Shown here: in pieces, positions 51,086-60,937 of the stretch
How positions within the stretch are numbered: the stretch's first letter is position 1
Layout of the letters: the number at the start of each line of letters is the position of its first letter
Assembly (NCBI GenBank): GCA_963663405.2
Contig: CAXXSM010000149.1
Span: 96,001-160,000 of the forward strand
Direction of reading: 5' to 3'
Source: a bacterium
GTDB lineage: Bacteria; Hinthialibacterota; Hinthialibacteria; Hinthialibacterales; Hinthialibacteraceae
Length of the DNA stretch: 64,000 bases
Program-made: the position numbers and the translations under genes
Notes under the pieces: generated by a model
Told to the model about the DNA's origin: nothing
The model's database searches: none
What the model saw: the letters and a program-made list of their open reading frames with translations, nothing else

Positions 51086-53695
51086 TTAATTGATTGTCGA
51101 ATCGGATTTCTGGAGATTTTTTCGCACTTTTTCTTCGCGTTCCATTTGCATGGCGTATTTTTCTTCTTTTTCCTTATCGCATTCGAGAAGTTGGGCGCCG
51201 GGCATATCCATTCGCGGTTTCTGCGCTAACATTTTTTGACCTTCGAGGATGATGGCCAGCGCCTCTTGATAGGCGGTGGGATTTTTCTCCTTTAAATCCG
51301 TCAAGCAGGGACTGCATTCCGGGCGGGTGAAACTGATTTGTGAGCCCTGTAATTCCGTGCTAATATCGCCTACATTTATCCCTGTCAGTTTTCGCAGTGT
51401 ATCAATTTGCCAATTATTTAACGGCGAGCGGCCAAAGACGTTGTCTGGATAGACGCTCGCGTAGGAGCCATAATACGGCGCGTTCATGTCAATCCAAGTG
51501 ACGATGCGGTCCATGCTTTCTCTGTCAAGTTTGACTCCATGATGTCTTCGCTGAATAACATCCACAAGCCGGCTGCGGTGTGATCCCCAGGAATACGCGG
51601 GCAGCCATTCCGCCGGCCCATCATCGACCGCTTTGACCAGGAGTTTTTTGGCTCCGGTTGGATCGGGGAACCAGCGCAAGGCGGATTTTGTCCGTAATTC
51701 TAGATAGGATGTATTGAATACAAGACCAAGATCCCCCGCAAGGTTTAATCTCAGGCCCGCTCGTTTTCCATAATCGTGACATTGGACGCAGTGTTTATCA
51801 AAGACGGGCTGTACTTCCGTCAGATAGTTAAAATCCCTTGGGAAGCCGTACCATGAATTGAGCGTACTGGGCGGGCGTTGTGTGGCGAGGGGGGGCGCTT
51901 TAGGGGTGATCGTTGTCAGACGATTTTCATGACAGCCAACGCAGCCAAGTGTTTCTCCCGGCAGCGCGATTGTCCCGCTGCGCATGCTTTGAATCATCAT
52001 TCCATTCTCATCCAATAATTGAAAGAAAACGAATTTATCAGCGGGTACGGAAAAATACGCGGAACCGTCTTTCTCGATGGGGACGGTTCCAAGTATACGT
52101 TTGTTATTCGTGCAATTGAAATTCATCGCGGGCGCTTGGGTTGCGTCCAGATTCCAATTTGTTTGGGTCCAGAACTTTTTAACCGGCGCTTCCACAACGC
52201 GAAGCGATTTAACCGCGCCGCGTTTGACCGACTCCATACCGGTTCCCGTGTACACATCCGTAACGTAAAAGAAACCTTCTTTTTTTGCATAGTCCGTATG
52301 GGATGGCAACACCGGCGGACGGGGGCTTGGGATGATCGGCATTGGATCGTAACAGCCGGGGTCTTCCGTATGCAGGAGAATTTCATTCCCGAATACATCG
52401 AGCAGATAAATCCCCATCGTTTCTCCTTCAACCATCCGGGAACAGAGGAAATATTTCTCGGATAGCGGATAGGGATCTTCATACTTGATGGATAATTGCT
52501 TGAAATTATCGATTTGACCCCCAGCGGGGTGATTACGGCTGGAGCCGTTTCCGTAGTCTTTTTGGTTTGTAATATATTTTTTGATATCGGGTGGCCAACT
52601 TCGCTCGATCGGTTCAACGCCATCCAGGCCCTTTCTACGATCGAGAATCACGATCGCGCCCCAGGGACGGTCGTGGCAGGAACTGAATGTGGCGATTGTC
52701 AAATCTGTGTTTGGAATGATCCGCGCGTCCACGATCGCGCCGGGCGCCCAGGCGTTGTTGCCATAATAGACGGCGTGGTTTGTTCCATCTGGATTCACTG
52801 TCCAGAGACCGAAGGCGGGGCCAAAGTGTTTATCCACATATTCCCAACGGTCGTAGAGAATCCGTCCATCAGGCATCAGGCTTGGATGTCCCTCGAAAAG
52901 GGAATTGCGTCCAATTTGGCGGATGTGTCCACCTTCCCGGTCCATCTTGAACAGGTTGCCCATAATATGGCGGTTGCATTGGCAGTATTTCGGTTCACGG
53001 GTGGATACGAAGACGATTGAGTCGTCTGGAAGATAAACGGGATCGATATCCGAAAGTTGTTCGCCGAAGGTCAATTGAGTTAAATTCAAATGATCGAGAT
53101 CAAGCGAATAGATGTGATAGTCATCATTTATGTTCCGCCGCATGGAAAAGAGGACTTGATCGCCTTCATAACTGATTTCTGGATCGCGGGCGGCGCCATC
53201 CGGAACTTCAAGAAGCGTCCTGATTCCGCCGTTTTCGCCAAAGTGGATGGTTTTCAGGGCTCCTCCACCCGTGAAACTTCTTGTGTTGATTTCACCGTTC
53301 TGGAACATCGTCGCCGTGCTGTGGTGATCCGGGCGGTATTGATGGCGGACGGTAAAGAGGATCGGTTGATCGCAAACGAGGGGATTCGCAATCAACGCGG
53401 CATGGCGCAGGTCATTAAATTCAACGATTGTTTGTTCTAAAGCGTCTGGCGCCGTGTTACGGACAGTATCTTCTAAGGACGCAAGCTGTTGAAGAAATTG
53501 GGCGCCGTTCGGATACTGTTTACCGAAATCATTGGTTAAATCGAGAATCGCGGATCGGAGGTTTGTCATTTCCTTTTGCAAAGATTCCCGCTTTACTTCA
53601 TCGCTCTGTTCTTGAGAAACTCCATTAAGAGACGCGGTTTCCAATCCACAGAATAGTCCGATAAATAAAATCCAGCGCAGCAGAGTTTGATTCAT
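51086..53695 (-). CDS. Secreted hydrazine synthase alpha-subunit-like protein (TolB-like propeller + HZS_alpha middle domain + two haem c)
   Basis: DIDPVYLPD..IVFVSTR, DGRILYDRWEYVD, LWTVNPDGT, LGTVPIEKDGSAYF.VPA..FFQLLDENGM.IQSMRS, CVGCHE, VQPVFDKHCVQCH, WIDMNAPYY. Confidence 0.85.
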   Translation of the reverse strand: MNQTLLRWILFIGLFCGLETASLNGVSQEQSDEVKRESLQKEMTNLRSAILDLTNDFGKQYPNGAQFLQQLASLEDTVRNTAPDALEQTIVEFNDLRHAALIANPLVCDQPILFTVRHQYRPDHHSTATMFQNGEINTRSFTGGGALKTIHFGENGGIRTLLEVPDGAARDPEISYEGDQVLFSMRRNINDDYHIYSLDLDHLNLTQLTFGEQLSDIDPVYLPDDSIVFVSTREPKYCQCNRHIMGNLFKMDREGGHIRQIGRNSLFEGHPSLMPDGRILYDRWEYVDKHFGPAFGLWTVNPDGTNHAVYYGNNAWAPGAIVDARIIPNTDLTIATFSSCHDRPWGAIVILDRRKGLDGVEPIERSWPPDIKKYITNQKDYGNGSSRNHPAGGQIDNFKQLSIKYEDPYPLSEKYFLCSRMVEGETMGIYLLDVFGNEILLHTEDPGCYDPMPIIPSPRPPVLPSHTDYAKKEGFFYVTDVYTGTGMESVKRGAVKSLRVVEAPVKKFWTQTNWNLDATQAPAMNFNCTNNKRILGTVPIEKDGSAYFSVPADKFVFFQLLDENGMMIQSMRSGTIALPGETLGCVGCHENRLTTITPKAPPLATQRPPSTLNSWYGFPRDFNYLTEVQPVFDKHCVQCHDYGKRAGLRLNLAGDLGLVFNTSYLELRTKSALRWFPDPTGAKKLLVKAVDDGPAEWLPAYSWGSHRSRLVDVIQRRHHGVKLDRESMDRIVTWIDMNAPYYGSYASVYPDNVFGRSPLNNWQIDTLRKLTGINVGDISTELQGSQISFTRPECSPCLTDLKEKNPTAYQEALAIILEGQKMLAQKPRMDMPGAQLLECDKEKEEKYAMQMEREEKVRKNLQKSDSTIN

Positions 53696-53798
53696 GCATG
53701 ACTCCCATGATCGAATTAATGTGAGATTAATTTTACATTAGAAGGTAATGGGATGAAGGAGAGTAGAAGGGCAAATGGATGACGTATCAAGTCTTCGA

Positions 53799-54860
53799 TC
53801 AGCGTTGTTTCCAGTCAACGTCCGTGTCCTTGGGCTGAATCGGTCCGATGTATTGATCCGCGACGATAATGTCGTCAAACCAGACTTTACTCGTATGACC
53901 GGCGGGGGCTTTCGTGATGTATAGATATGTCCAAATATAATTGACAGCTAAATCTTCCACACTGCGCCATTGGAAGCCTTCAAACGCGCTGTCACTGGTG
54001 TGATTGGGGCTCCACCATCCGCCCGTCCAGCGCCCTTTGGGAAATCCTTTTCCTATATGACTGACGATTTGGCCGTTTACACGCCAAAGTTTTCCATTGA
54101 TCCAGAAAGCCTGTTCACCGTTTGAACTGGTCACTGGATCGTTGACTTTGACCATCATTTCGACGCAAATCCATTGGCCGCGTTTCACTTCCGGTTTGGC
54201 CACGCCGGAGAGAAACGGCGTGCCCCAATAGTTGCCATCGCCATGCACATGCATGCCTTGCCAGTACGTATAGAAATCCCAATTCCAATCGAGTCCATAC
54301 GGTTCCACGCCCGTGGTGAAGCGTTTGTCTCCATCCGGTTTTGTTCCCGCGCCTCCCTGAGGCCAGGGTGTAGAGGGATTGAATCCACCAAGGTGCGTTC
54401 CAAAATGATGGATCTGCGCGCAGTCCGGATCAAATTTAACATAAAAGCGCGCGAATACCTGTTTGTAACCGGGCAGCAGGCGCCGGTAGAGATGGGAACC
54501 CGTCCCCTGGCCGCCGGTATAGGTCATCAAGAGCGACTGAGCGCCTGCGCTATCGGCAGGGAGATCTTTGGAGAAGGAAAGGTTCTCTGGATCCTGCACG
54601 CTTTCCCAACGATCCCGCAATACGGCAAGTGATTCTTCTTCGAAGGCCTCGGAAAAGATGACATGAGGATCGCTCTCAATACCGATATCGCTGGGATACT
54701 TTGAAGCGAGGCCTAAAGGCCCTTCGGGAAGGTTTGACTGGCTTTCTTGGGCTTGGGCGGCCATAGGCAATAAAATGACTAAGCCTAGCAGCGCATGAAA
54801 AAGAACTATTTTCTGTCTCATATTTCTTTCCTTTCCAATATCCAATTCATTGTATCTCAT
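53799..54860 (-). CDS. Secreted polysaccharide-lyase-like beta-jelly-roll protein with a variant W-tail (TDVDWKQR); likely start ~54821
   Basis: Signal peptide; FARFYVKF, WICVEMMVKVN..NGEQAFWING, VWFDDIIVA..YIGP. Confidence 0.7.
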   Translation of the reverse strand: MRYNELDIGKERNMRQKIVLFHALLGLVILLPMAAQAQESQSNLPEGPLGLASKYPSDIGIESDPHVIFSEAFEEESLAVLRDRWESVQDPENLSFSKDLPADSAGAQSLLMTYTGGQGTGSHLYRRLLPGYKQVFARFYVKFDPDCAQIHHFGTHLGGFNPSTPWPQGGAGTKPDGDKRFTTGVEPYGLDWNWDFYTYWQGMHVHGDGNYWGTPFLSGVAKPEVKRGQWICVEMMVKVNDPVTSSNGEQAFWINGKLWRVNGQIVSHIGKGFPKGRWTGGWWSPNHTSDSAFEGFQWRSVEDLAVNYIWTYLYITKAPAGHTSKVWFDDIIVADQYIGPIQPKDTDVDWKQR

Positions 54861-54874
54861 TAGATGGATTGTTT

Positions 54875-54965
54875 TTGTCTGAACCTTGATTTACTTGATT
54901 GACTTGATACTTCTGATTTTAAAATCATGGAAATCCTATAATCTTTAGAATCATGGTTCAGACAA
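54875..54965. repeat. Palindromic element with TTGTCTGAA..TTCAGACAA termini and 9-bp periodic arms (copy 2)
   Basis: Termini are complementary at 16/17; TGAT at 54887, 54896, 54905, 54914; ATC at 54924, 54933, 54941, 54950. Confidence 0.8.
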
Positions 54966-54975
54966 TACTCTATTA

Positions 54976-55419
54976 TTATTTAAAATACTTCATCCGCCCG
55001 GGTATTTTTTCACAATGAACTATCCTGCTTATCCCATAGCCGCCAAAGTATAAAGGGCACATTTCCACTGTTAGTTTATATGTATATTGTCCTTCGCTCT
55101 TCATGGCTGAATCGACGAGAGCGTAGTACTCTTTTCGGCTGATCCAGAACTTTTTTTTCGTACCTGTGTCATCAATAAGAAACGCATGCCGATGGCCATG
55201 AAATCTTTCAAAATAATGACGGAAATCGAATTCAGCGATAATGATATGGTGGAATAATTCACCTTCTATCGTGATTGGATCTCCATCCGGGATTCTATAC
55301 ATGAGCCAAAGGGCCGTCCAAAGACAGCATAGGATGCATATATAACCCAGTATTATTTTATATACGAGGGAGAATTTTTTCCGTTTTGGCGTCTCTATAT
55401 CTTTTTCTTCACTTATCAT
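54976..55419 (-). CDS. Hypothetical membrane-anchored protein
   Basis: 147-aa ORF directly downstream of the DUF1080 gene; one N-terminal TM segment after a basic stretch. Confidence 0.6.
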   Translation of the reverse strand: MISEEKDIETPKRKKFSLVYKIILGYICILCCLWTALWLMYRIPDGDPITIEGELFHHIIIAEFDFRHYFERFHGHRHAFLIDDTGTKKKFWISRKEYYALVDSAMKSEGQYTYKLTVEMCPLYFGGYGISRIVHCEKIPGRMKYFK

Positions 55420-55423
55420 TGGT

Positions 55424-56725
55424 TTACTCTAATTCCTTGATGTAAATATTCGCGAATTGGATGGGATCGCCGTGATGCTGAAGAGCGATGGGGCCTTTTT
55501 TGGGGATGCCTGGAAGGTGAGCTTTATCAATGACGGTTTTCCCGTTTAGGATCACGGTGATGGTTTCATCGATCAGCGTGATCTCGAAACGGTTCCATTG
55601 GCCAACCGGATTATCCGCGTTCAAAATCGGTGTGGCGCCGCGCCGCACTTCAGGCGGCTGGTTCGAATCGAGCCGGTAGCCCCAAATCTCTCCTGAACCA
55701 CACGGCCACTGCCAGATATTGATTTGGCTTTTCGAACTGCCCCGCAGATAGATTCCACTATCTCCCGCGTCTTCAACCGCGGCGGTGACTTGATTTCCTT
55801 CTTCGTCCATCAGATACGAGCCGTCAGGTAGAATGATGGGGACATTTTCAACAACGGGTTTGCGCGGCATCCGCCAATCAACGATCAGCGTAAAGTTTTT
55901 ATATTCTTTTTCCGTCCAGAGATTCTTGTCTTCCGCTTCACTCTTGCCATCGTATTCCAGCCGCCAATCATTCGCTTTCCAATGGCCTTCATGACCGGGA
56001 TCCCAACGCCAGCCGCGAAAATCAATCCCGTTATATAAGGATTGAAAACCACGATCCTCTTGCGCAACGACACAGGCGGGTGGATTCGTGCCGGGAAGTT
56101 CGTGAATGCGGATATTACGGAAATGCGCTTCGCTGCCTTCCGATTCAAGGCAGATATATCCCTTGCGCGGGACGCAATGATAGCCGCGTGTGACGATCTT
56201 TCCATTCAACGCGAGTGTAATATTTCCCTGATCGCTAATGACGCGGTAATGATTCCATTGTCCCACCGGTTTTTGACGGTTCTCGGAAGGAAGAGAACGC
56301 ATGCCCCACCCTTTGGGGTGCGGTTTATCCGGTTTCATGAACGCTCCATGAATGGCGAAGACATCCCCCCCATTGCCATCCATGACTTGGCACTCGATCG
56401 AACGCGTGAACGGTTGTCCCACCGCCGTGATATCCCACGAATTAAGAAACAGCCCCGCGTTTCCTTTCGGTTTCATATGCCGGTAATCCAACTCAAGGAT
56501 GTAATTCTCATACATCCGGTCCGTGCGAAGAACGCCGGTAGGGATGCCTGTGCAGACAATCATCCCATCACGGACCGTCCAAGTCTCCGGCGCGCAATTG
56601 ACGTTGATCCATCCATCCAAGTTTTTCCCATTGAAGAGATCTGTGAACGTTTGTTCGTTTTCCGAAGCGTGGATCATTAATACGGAAAAAGCGAATCCAA
56701 ATAGAACGAGAACTTTCGTTTTCAT
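55424..56725 (-). CDS. Secreted tandem DUF1080 (3-keto-disaccharide hydrolase-like) protein
   Basis: Two domains: LFNGKNLDGW..WNHY..GYICLESEG..FRNIRI and LYNGIDFRGW..DSGIYLRG..WNRF..GPIALQHHG..FANIYI. Confidence 0.9.
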   Translation of the reverse strand: MKTKVLVLFGFAFSVLMIHASENEQTFTDLFNGKNLDGWINVNCAPETWTVRDGMIVCTGIPTGVLRTDRMYENYILELDYRHMKPKGNAGLFLNSWDITAVGQPFTRSIECQVMDGNGGDVFAIHGAFMKPDKPHPKGWGMRSLPSENRQKPVGQWNHYRVISDQGNITLALNGKIVTRGYHCVPRKGYICLESEGSEAHFRNIRIHELPGTNPPACVVAQEDRGFQSLYNGIDFRGWRWDPGHEGHWKANDWRLEYDGKSEAEDKNLWTEKEYKNFTLIVDWRMPRKPVVENVPIILPDGSYLMDEEGNQVTAAVEDAGDSGIYLRGSSKSQINIWQWPCGSGEIWGYRLDSNQPPEVRRGATPILNADNPVGQWNRFEITLIDETITVILNGKTVIDKAHLPGIPKKGPIALQHHGDPIQFANIYIKELE

Positions 56726-56874
56726 TTCAAATTCCTTTCTGTATTGGATTGAAGAGATAGAATCGATTCTTCAATTCTTTTGGATAGAGTACCTCATTCG
56801 CTCTTTTAAGGCTACTACCAGACAAACGCCTATGACCATAGCCGGTCCCACTTTTCATTACGCCATTTAGAAAT

Positions 56875-57522
56875 ATGATAGTGAGCATTATGGAATATTT
56901 ACTCTCTGCTCTTGTCTTTGGTCTTAGCGCAGGATTCTCACCAGGGCCTTTATTGACCTTGATTATCCTGCAGACGCTTCAGTTTGGAAAACAAGAAGGA
57001 GTCAAAGTCGCCATTGCGCCTTTATTTACCGATTTCCCGATCGTACTGATCAGCGTATTGGTGTTGGCGCGGGTCTCGGAAGTGGATGCGATCTTAGGAA
57101 TACTGTCGTTTCTTGGCGGTTTGTATTTAGGCTGGCTTGGTTATCAGAGCCTGCGTATTCAAGGTGTGGAACTCAACATAGAGAGTGTGAAACCACAATC
57201 GTACCGCAAGGGAATTATTACCAATTTCCTGAGCCCCAATCCCTACATGTTCTGGTTTTCCATCGGCGGTCCCATGACGATCGAGGCATACAAGGCGAGT
57301 CTGTTTTACATGATTCTCTTTTTGTGTGTCTTTTATTTTTGTTTGGTTGGAGGCAAAGTTCTAACCGCGATGATCGTAGGGATGTCCCGCCAATTTTTGA
57401 AAAGCCGCCTCTATATATACATCAACCGGTTTCTTGGCGCGCTTCTCTTGCTCTACGCCTGCATTTTTTTATGGGACGCGTATCGTACACTTTCCGCTGT
57501 CATTTTTGGGCAAGCGGGATAG
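56875..57522 (+). CDS. LysE/RhtB family translocator
   Basis: GLSAGFSPGPL, GGLYLGWLG, TNFLSPNPYMFW. Confidence 0.9.
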   Translation: MIVSIMEYLLSALVFGLSAGFSPGPLLTLIILQTLQFGKQEGVKVAIAPLFTDFPIVLISVLVLARVSEVDAILGILSFLGGLYLGWLGYQSLRIQGVELNIESVKPQSYRKGIITNFLSPNPYMFWFSIGGPMTIEAYKASLFYMILFLCVFYFCLVGGKVLTAMIVGMSRQFLKSRLYIYINRFLGALLLLYACIFLWDAYRTLSAVIFGQAG

Positions 57523-57575
57523 ACGCAGAATTCAACAAACAGATCCAGAGAATCGCTCCCACTCAATTCCAGGCC

Positions 57576-57604
57576 TCGACGGAAGCGAATTCATCATTTA
57601 TAAT
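57576..57604 (+). promoter_or_regulatory. Putative sigma70 promoter of tRNA-Leu
   Basis: TCGACG (57576-57581) - 17 bp - TATAAT (57599-57604), 22 bp before the tRNA. Confidence 0.55.
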
Positions 57605-57626
57605 GTCTAGATCATACCCAAAATCA

Positions 57627-57708
57627 GCGAGGATGGCGGAATTGGCAGACGCGCTAGACTTAGGATCTAGTGTCTTCGGACGTGGGGGTTCAAATCCCCC
57701 TCCTCGCA
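57627..57708 (+). tRNA. tRNA-Leu (anticodon TAG), CCA not encoded
   Basis: Acceptor stem GCGAGGA/TCCTCGC+A; D-arm TGGCGGAATTGGCAGACGC; anticodon arm CTAGA-CTTAGGA-TCTAG; long variable arm; T-arm GGGGG-TTCAAAT-CCCCC. Confidence 0.96.
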
Positions 57709-57772
57709 ACCTCCCTTAAAATAAGAACTTAGAAGTAATTTCTTCTTTCTATAAAATCCACGATTTTACTCC

Positions 57773-57794
57773 TTGGTTACATATTTGGTTACAT
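57773..57794 (+). repeat. 10-bp direct repeat downstream of the tRNA (integrase arm-site-like)
   Basis: TTGGTTACAT at 57773-57782 and 57785-57794. Confidence 0.5.
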
Positions 57795-57929
57795 TACTTT
57801 TTTCAATCTATCCATCGGCGATAGTTTAAATAGGTTCCTATCGTTCACACAATTATCAATAAATTTAAAGCGATACGAAGCTATGAACCGGTAATAAATT
57901 CCCGAAAAAAAGACCCTGTCACTATGTCG

Positions 57930-58031
57930 CGCCCTCTCCTGGGCTTCTGTTTTCCGGGGGTACCCCCCTCGCATTGAGGAACCCAGGCATCATTAGTAAT
58001 CCCACGAAATAATCCAGCCCAGGAGAGGGCG
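57930..58031. repeat. REP-like element with 16-bp perfect inverted arms
   Basis: CGCCCTCTCCTGGGCT (57930-57945) and AGCCCAGGAGAGGGCG (58016-58031). Confidence 0.7.
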
Positions 58032-58276
58032 TCAGGCGCTACGTTATTTCAATTTTTTTGGATTTGAGGTTAGTATCTCAAAAGGGCATAGTCGTCAGTT
58101 ATTTTTGCTCTCTCAATATTTCCTATTGGACGAAGCGGCTCCGCCGCAGAGTGTCGTACGCCGAATTTTCTAGTTGAACAATCCCCTTGCAAAATCTCCT
58201 GAGTTGTCATGTATTTCTTCTGAGAAGGCAGTGGCTGTAAGACTGCCAACCACTACTTATTTACAGGAGAAAGATC

Positions 58277-59124
58277 ATGAAATCATTACGGAAACGCATG
58301 ATCGAAGACATGACGTTAGCTGGACTGAGCGAAGGCACGCAAAAAGCATACGTCCGAGCCGTCGCCTCATTCGCTCTAGAATTTGATCGCTCGCCAGAAT
58401 GCATTAGCGAGGAACTCGTCCGGGTCTATTTACTGAATTTGCGAGACGTGAAGAAAGTCGCTCTCGGAACGTTTCAGGTTCACTACAGCGCGCTGAAATT
58501 TCTTTATCAAACCACGCTGGATCTGGGGTGGCCGTTGTTTGCAAAAAAAAGATTCGTAAGCCTCGTCAAAAGCGCCTGCCTCATCCATTAACCCATTCCC
58601 AGGTTCTCGCCCTCCTGGCCGTTGTCAGGAAATCGCCCTATCGAGTAGCTCTGGCTCTGATGTACGCGTGCGGTCTCCGGACCAGTGAAGTCATATCGCT
58701 TCCGGTTCGCCAGATCGATTCCACCCAAATGAGTATACGGATTATTGGGAAGGGCGATAAAGAGCGAATCGTTCCTCTCCCGAACACCTTGTTGGAGCCG
58801 ATGCGTGAACTCTGGTTGATGCACCGTCACCCTACTTGGTTGTTCCCCAACCTACAAGGCTCCAACCACATTCCCTCATCGACACTCGGCAAAGCGTTTC
58901 GCTTGGCCTGCAACGCTACCGGGCTGACAGACGATGTGAAGCCGCATTCGCTCCGTCACGGATTCGCCACCCGGATGCTGGAAAATGGCGAGAGCATACG
59001 AGTCGTCCAGATTCTTCTCGGTCATTCCAGCCTTCGTTCGACGCAAATCTACACCCATTTGACTGAGCCGCTTCGCCACGAGGTGCAGGATCGTATCAAC
59101 GCCGTGTTCGCCGATCTGATGTGA
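58277..59124 (+). CDS. Tyrosine recombinase/integrase, split by a -1 frameshift at A8 (58543-58550)
   Basis: SAM-like N-domain (LRKRMIEDMTLAGLSEGTQKAY) in ORF 58277-58591; catalytic domain (GLRTSE, GKGDK, HSLRH, LLGH, TQIY) in ORF 58528-59124. Confidence 0.85.
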
Positions 59125-59133
59125 GGAGGAATC

Positions 59134-60300
59134 ATGAATTGCACTTCATCGAACCTCGAACTCGGCGATGTGGTTCGCCGGTTTGGCCCGGCTTACATCA
59201 AAAAGAAAGGCAAGCGTCTCTTACCGTCGCAACGCAAAGCGCTGCACGATATCATGGCCTGCCATACGGCGGAACTAGGGGGGCATCGGTATCACTGTCA
59301 GGACTGCGGCGAAAACTTCTGGGTGTATCACGGGTGTGGCAATCGATCCTGTCCGTCCTGTCATTCCCAGGCGATGCGGAAATGGATCGAGAAGCGGGAA
59401 GACCAGATGCTTGGCTGCCGTTACTTTCATGTGATCGTCACGGTTCCCCAGCCCATCCGGGCGGCCTTTTTGGCTCATCAGAAGATTCTCTATGGATTGT
59501 TGATGACGACGGTGGCTTCCTGTGTCATGGATCTGATGCGCAATCCAAAAGTCGTTGGCGGGACCCCGGCGATCCTGGCCGTGCTGCACACTTGGCGGGG
59601 AGATCTGGAATTGCATCCGCATGTCCATCTGTTGGTCAGCGCCGGCGCCGTGAGTGAGGACGGCCACTCTTGGATGGATCTCCGCCACCCGAAATGGCTC
59701 CTCCATGTGGGAACGCTCAGTTTGCTCGTTCGCAGGCGTTTTAAAGAACAGCTCGAAAAAGCGGCGCCGGAGATCTTCCAAAACATCGAGACCAAGGTCT
59801 GGAATGCGGGCTGGAACTCGTTTTGCAAACCGTATGGGAAAGGCGTGAAAGCTATCTTGAACTACCTGGGACGCTATGTCTATCGCATCGCGATCTCCAA
59901 CCACCGGCTTCTGGCAATGGACGCTACCCACGTGACGTTCCGCTACAAGACCTTCAAAGAGAAGCATTGGCGAACTCTCCGCTTGCGGGGCGAAGAATTT
60001 CTGCGGCGCTTCGTGATGCATGTGCTCCCCCGCGGCTTCCATAAAGTCCGCTACTATGGGCTGTGGCATCACTGTCATCGGGACACACGCAATCGAATCC
60101 GTTTGCTCCTCGCCCCCAAGGCGGAGAGCGTTTCTATTCCCGAATCGGTTGAGAATTCCATCGTTTCAAAAGAGACCAACGACAAAGCAGTATTCGATCG
60201 GACCGGCCAAGAATCGGCGCCGGAATGGCCTAAATGTCCGCGTTGCAAAAGCTGTAACGTGATTGTCATTGAAACCCTCAATCGGAATCGAAGCCCCTGA
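59134..60300 (+). CDS. IS91-family transposase
   Basis: Zn-binding CQDC..CGNRSCPSC, YFHVIVTVP, HTW..HPHVH (HUH), YLGRY (Y2), HVLPRGF.KVRYYG. Confidence 0.93.
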   Translation: MNCTSSNLELGDVVRRFGPAYIKKKGKRLLPSQRKALHDIMACHTAELGGHRYHCQDCGENFWVYHGCGNRSCPSCHSQAMRKWIEKREDQMLGCRYFHVIVTVPQPIRAAFLAHQKILYGLLMTTVASCVMDLMRNPKVVGGTPAILAVLHTWRGDLELHPHVHLLVSAGAVSEDGHSWMDLRHPKWLLHVGTLSLLVRRRFKEQLEKAAPEIFQNIETKVWNAGWNSFCKPYGKGVKAILNYLGRYVYRIAISNHRLLAMDATHVTFRYKTFKEKHWRTLRLRGEEFLRRFVMHVLPRGFHKVRYYGLWHHCHRDTRNRIRLLLAPKAESVSIPESVENSIVSKETNDKAVFDRTGQESAPEWPKCPRCKSCNVIVIETLNRNRSP

Positions 60301-60937
60301 TCGATTCCGATTGTAAGCATCGCGATGGTAATATAAAGAAATTATAACTTTACGCGGGAAGATTTTTTACTTTTCTTGCCGTGAGGGGATTTCTATAGCT
60401 TCAAGAGGATTTTCTCTTTCTAAACTATCAACTTCTCTTCCTCAATTAAGCCGTTTCGCGAATAAATGGCGTGTTATTGGTTCTCACATTCCCCCCGCAC
60501 TTCGTCCAATAGAGTTTGTATCTCGGCTTCGCTCGATAAAAACTCCTATCTATTTAAAGAAACAAATAGAATTATATAAATAAATAACATATAAACAGAA
60601 TTGAGGTGTACCCCATTGTCAAGACAGGAATCAAGGAAATTTAAAGTAGGTTTTCAACCTCGATTTCGTTCAACTCAAGTCTCCTTATTTGGGATCCGGA
60701 AATCATGATGATTCCAGATTCTCATAAAACTTTCCGATATTATACACTACCAGGAGAAACGGAGATCGGTTCTGCTGTAGAGCAACCGGTCAAGGGATAT
60801 CCTGGTGCGTGTGCGACGGATTGCCGTCAGGGAGACGTATCAGATCATCCCCTTTTTTCGATCATTTCAAGATAATCCAGAGCATTTGCCAATGCCTTAA
60901 AAAACTCAAACGCAAAGTTCTTGGACCGTCAAGTTTT

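Larger units (their letters stand above)
58123..60549 (+). mobile_element. IS91-like element carrying a tyrosine recombinase and an HUH/Y2 transposase; boundaries inferred
   Basis: Integrase-transposase gene pair; 13-bp inverted repeat CTATTGGACGAAG (58123-58135) and CTTCGTCCAATAG (60500-60512); terminal hairpin at 60509-60549. Confidence 0.75.

Noticed and set aside
51086-53695. Calling the organism anammox or the gene hzsA
   Set aside because: HZS-alpha-like domains occur in many heterotrophs; no hao/hdh or other anammox genes here, and the context is saccharolytic.
59275-60078. 267-aa minus-strand ORF
   Set aside because: Antisense shadow of the GC-rich IS91 transposase.
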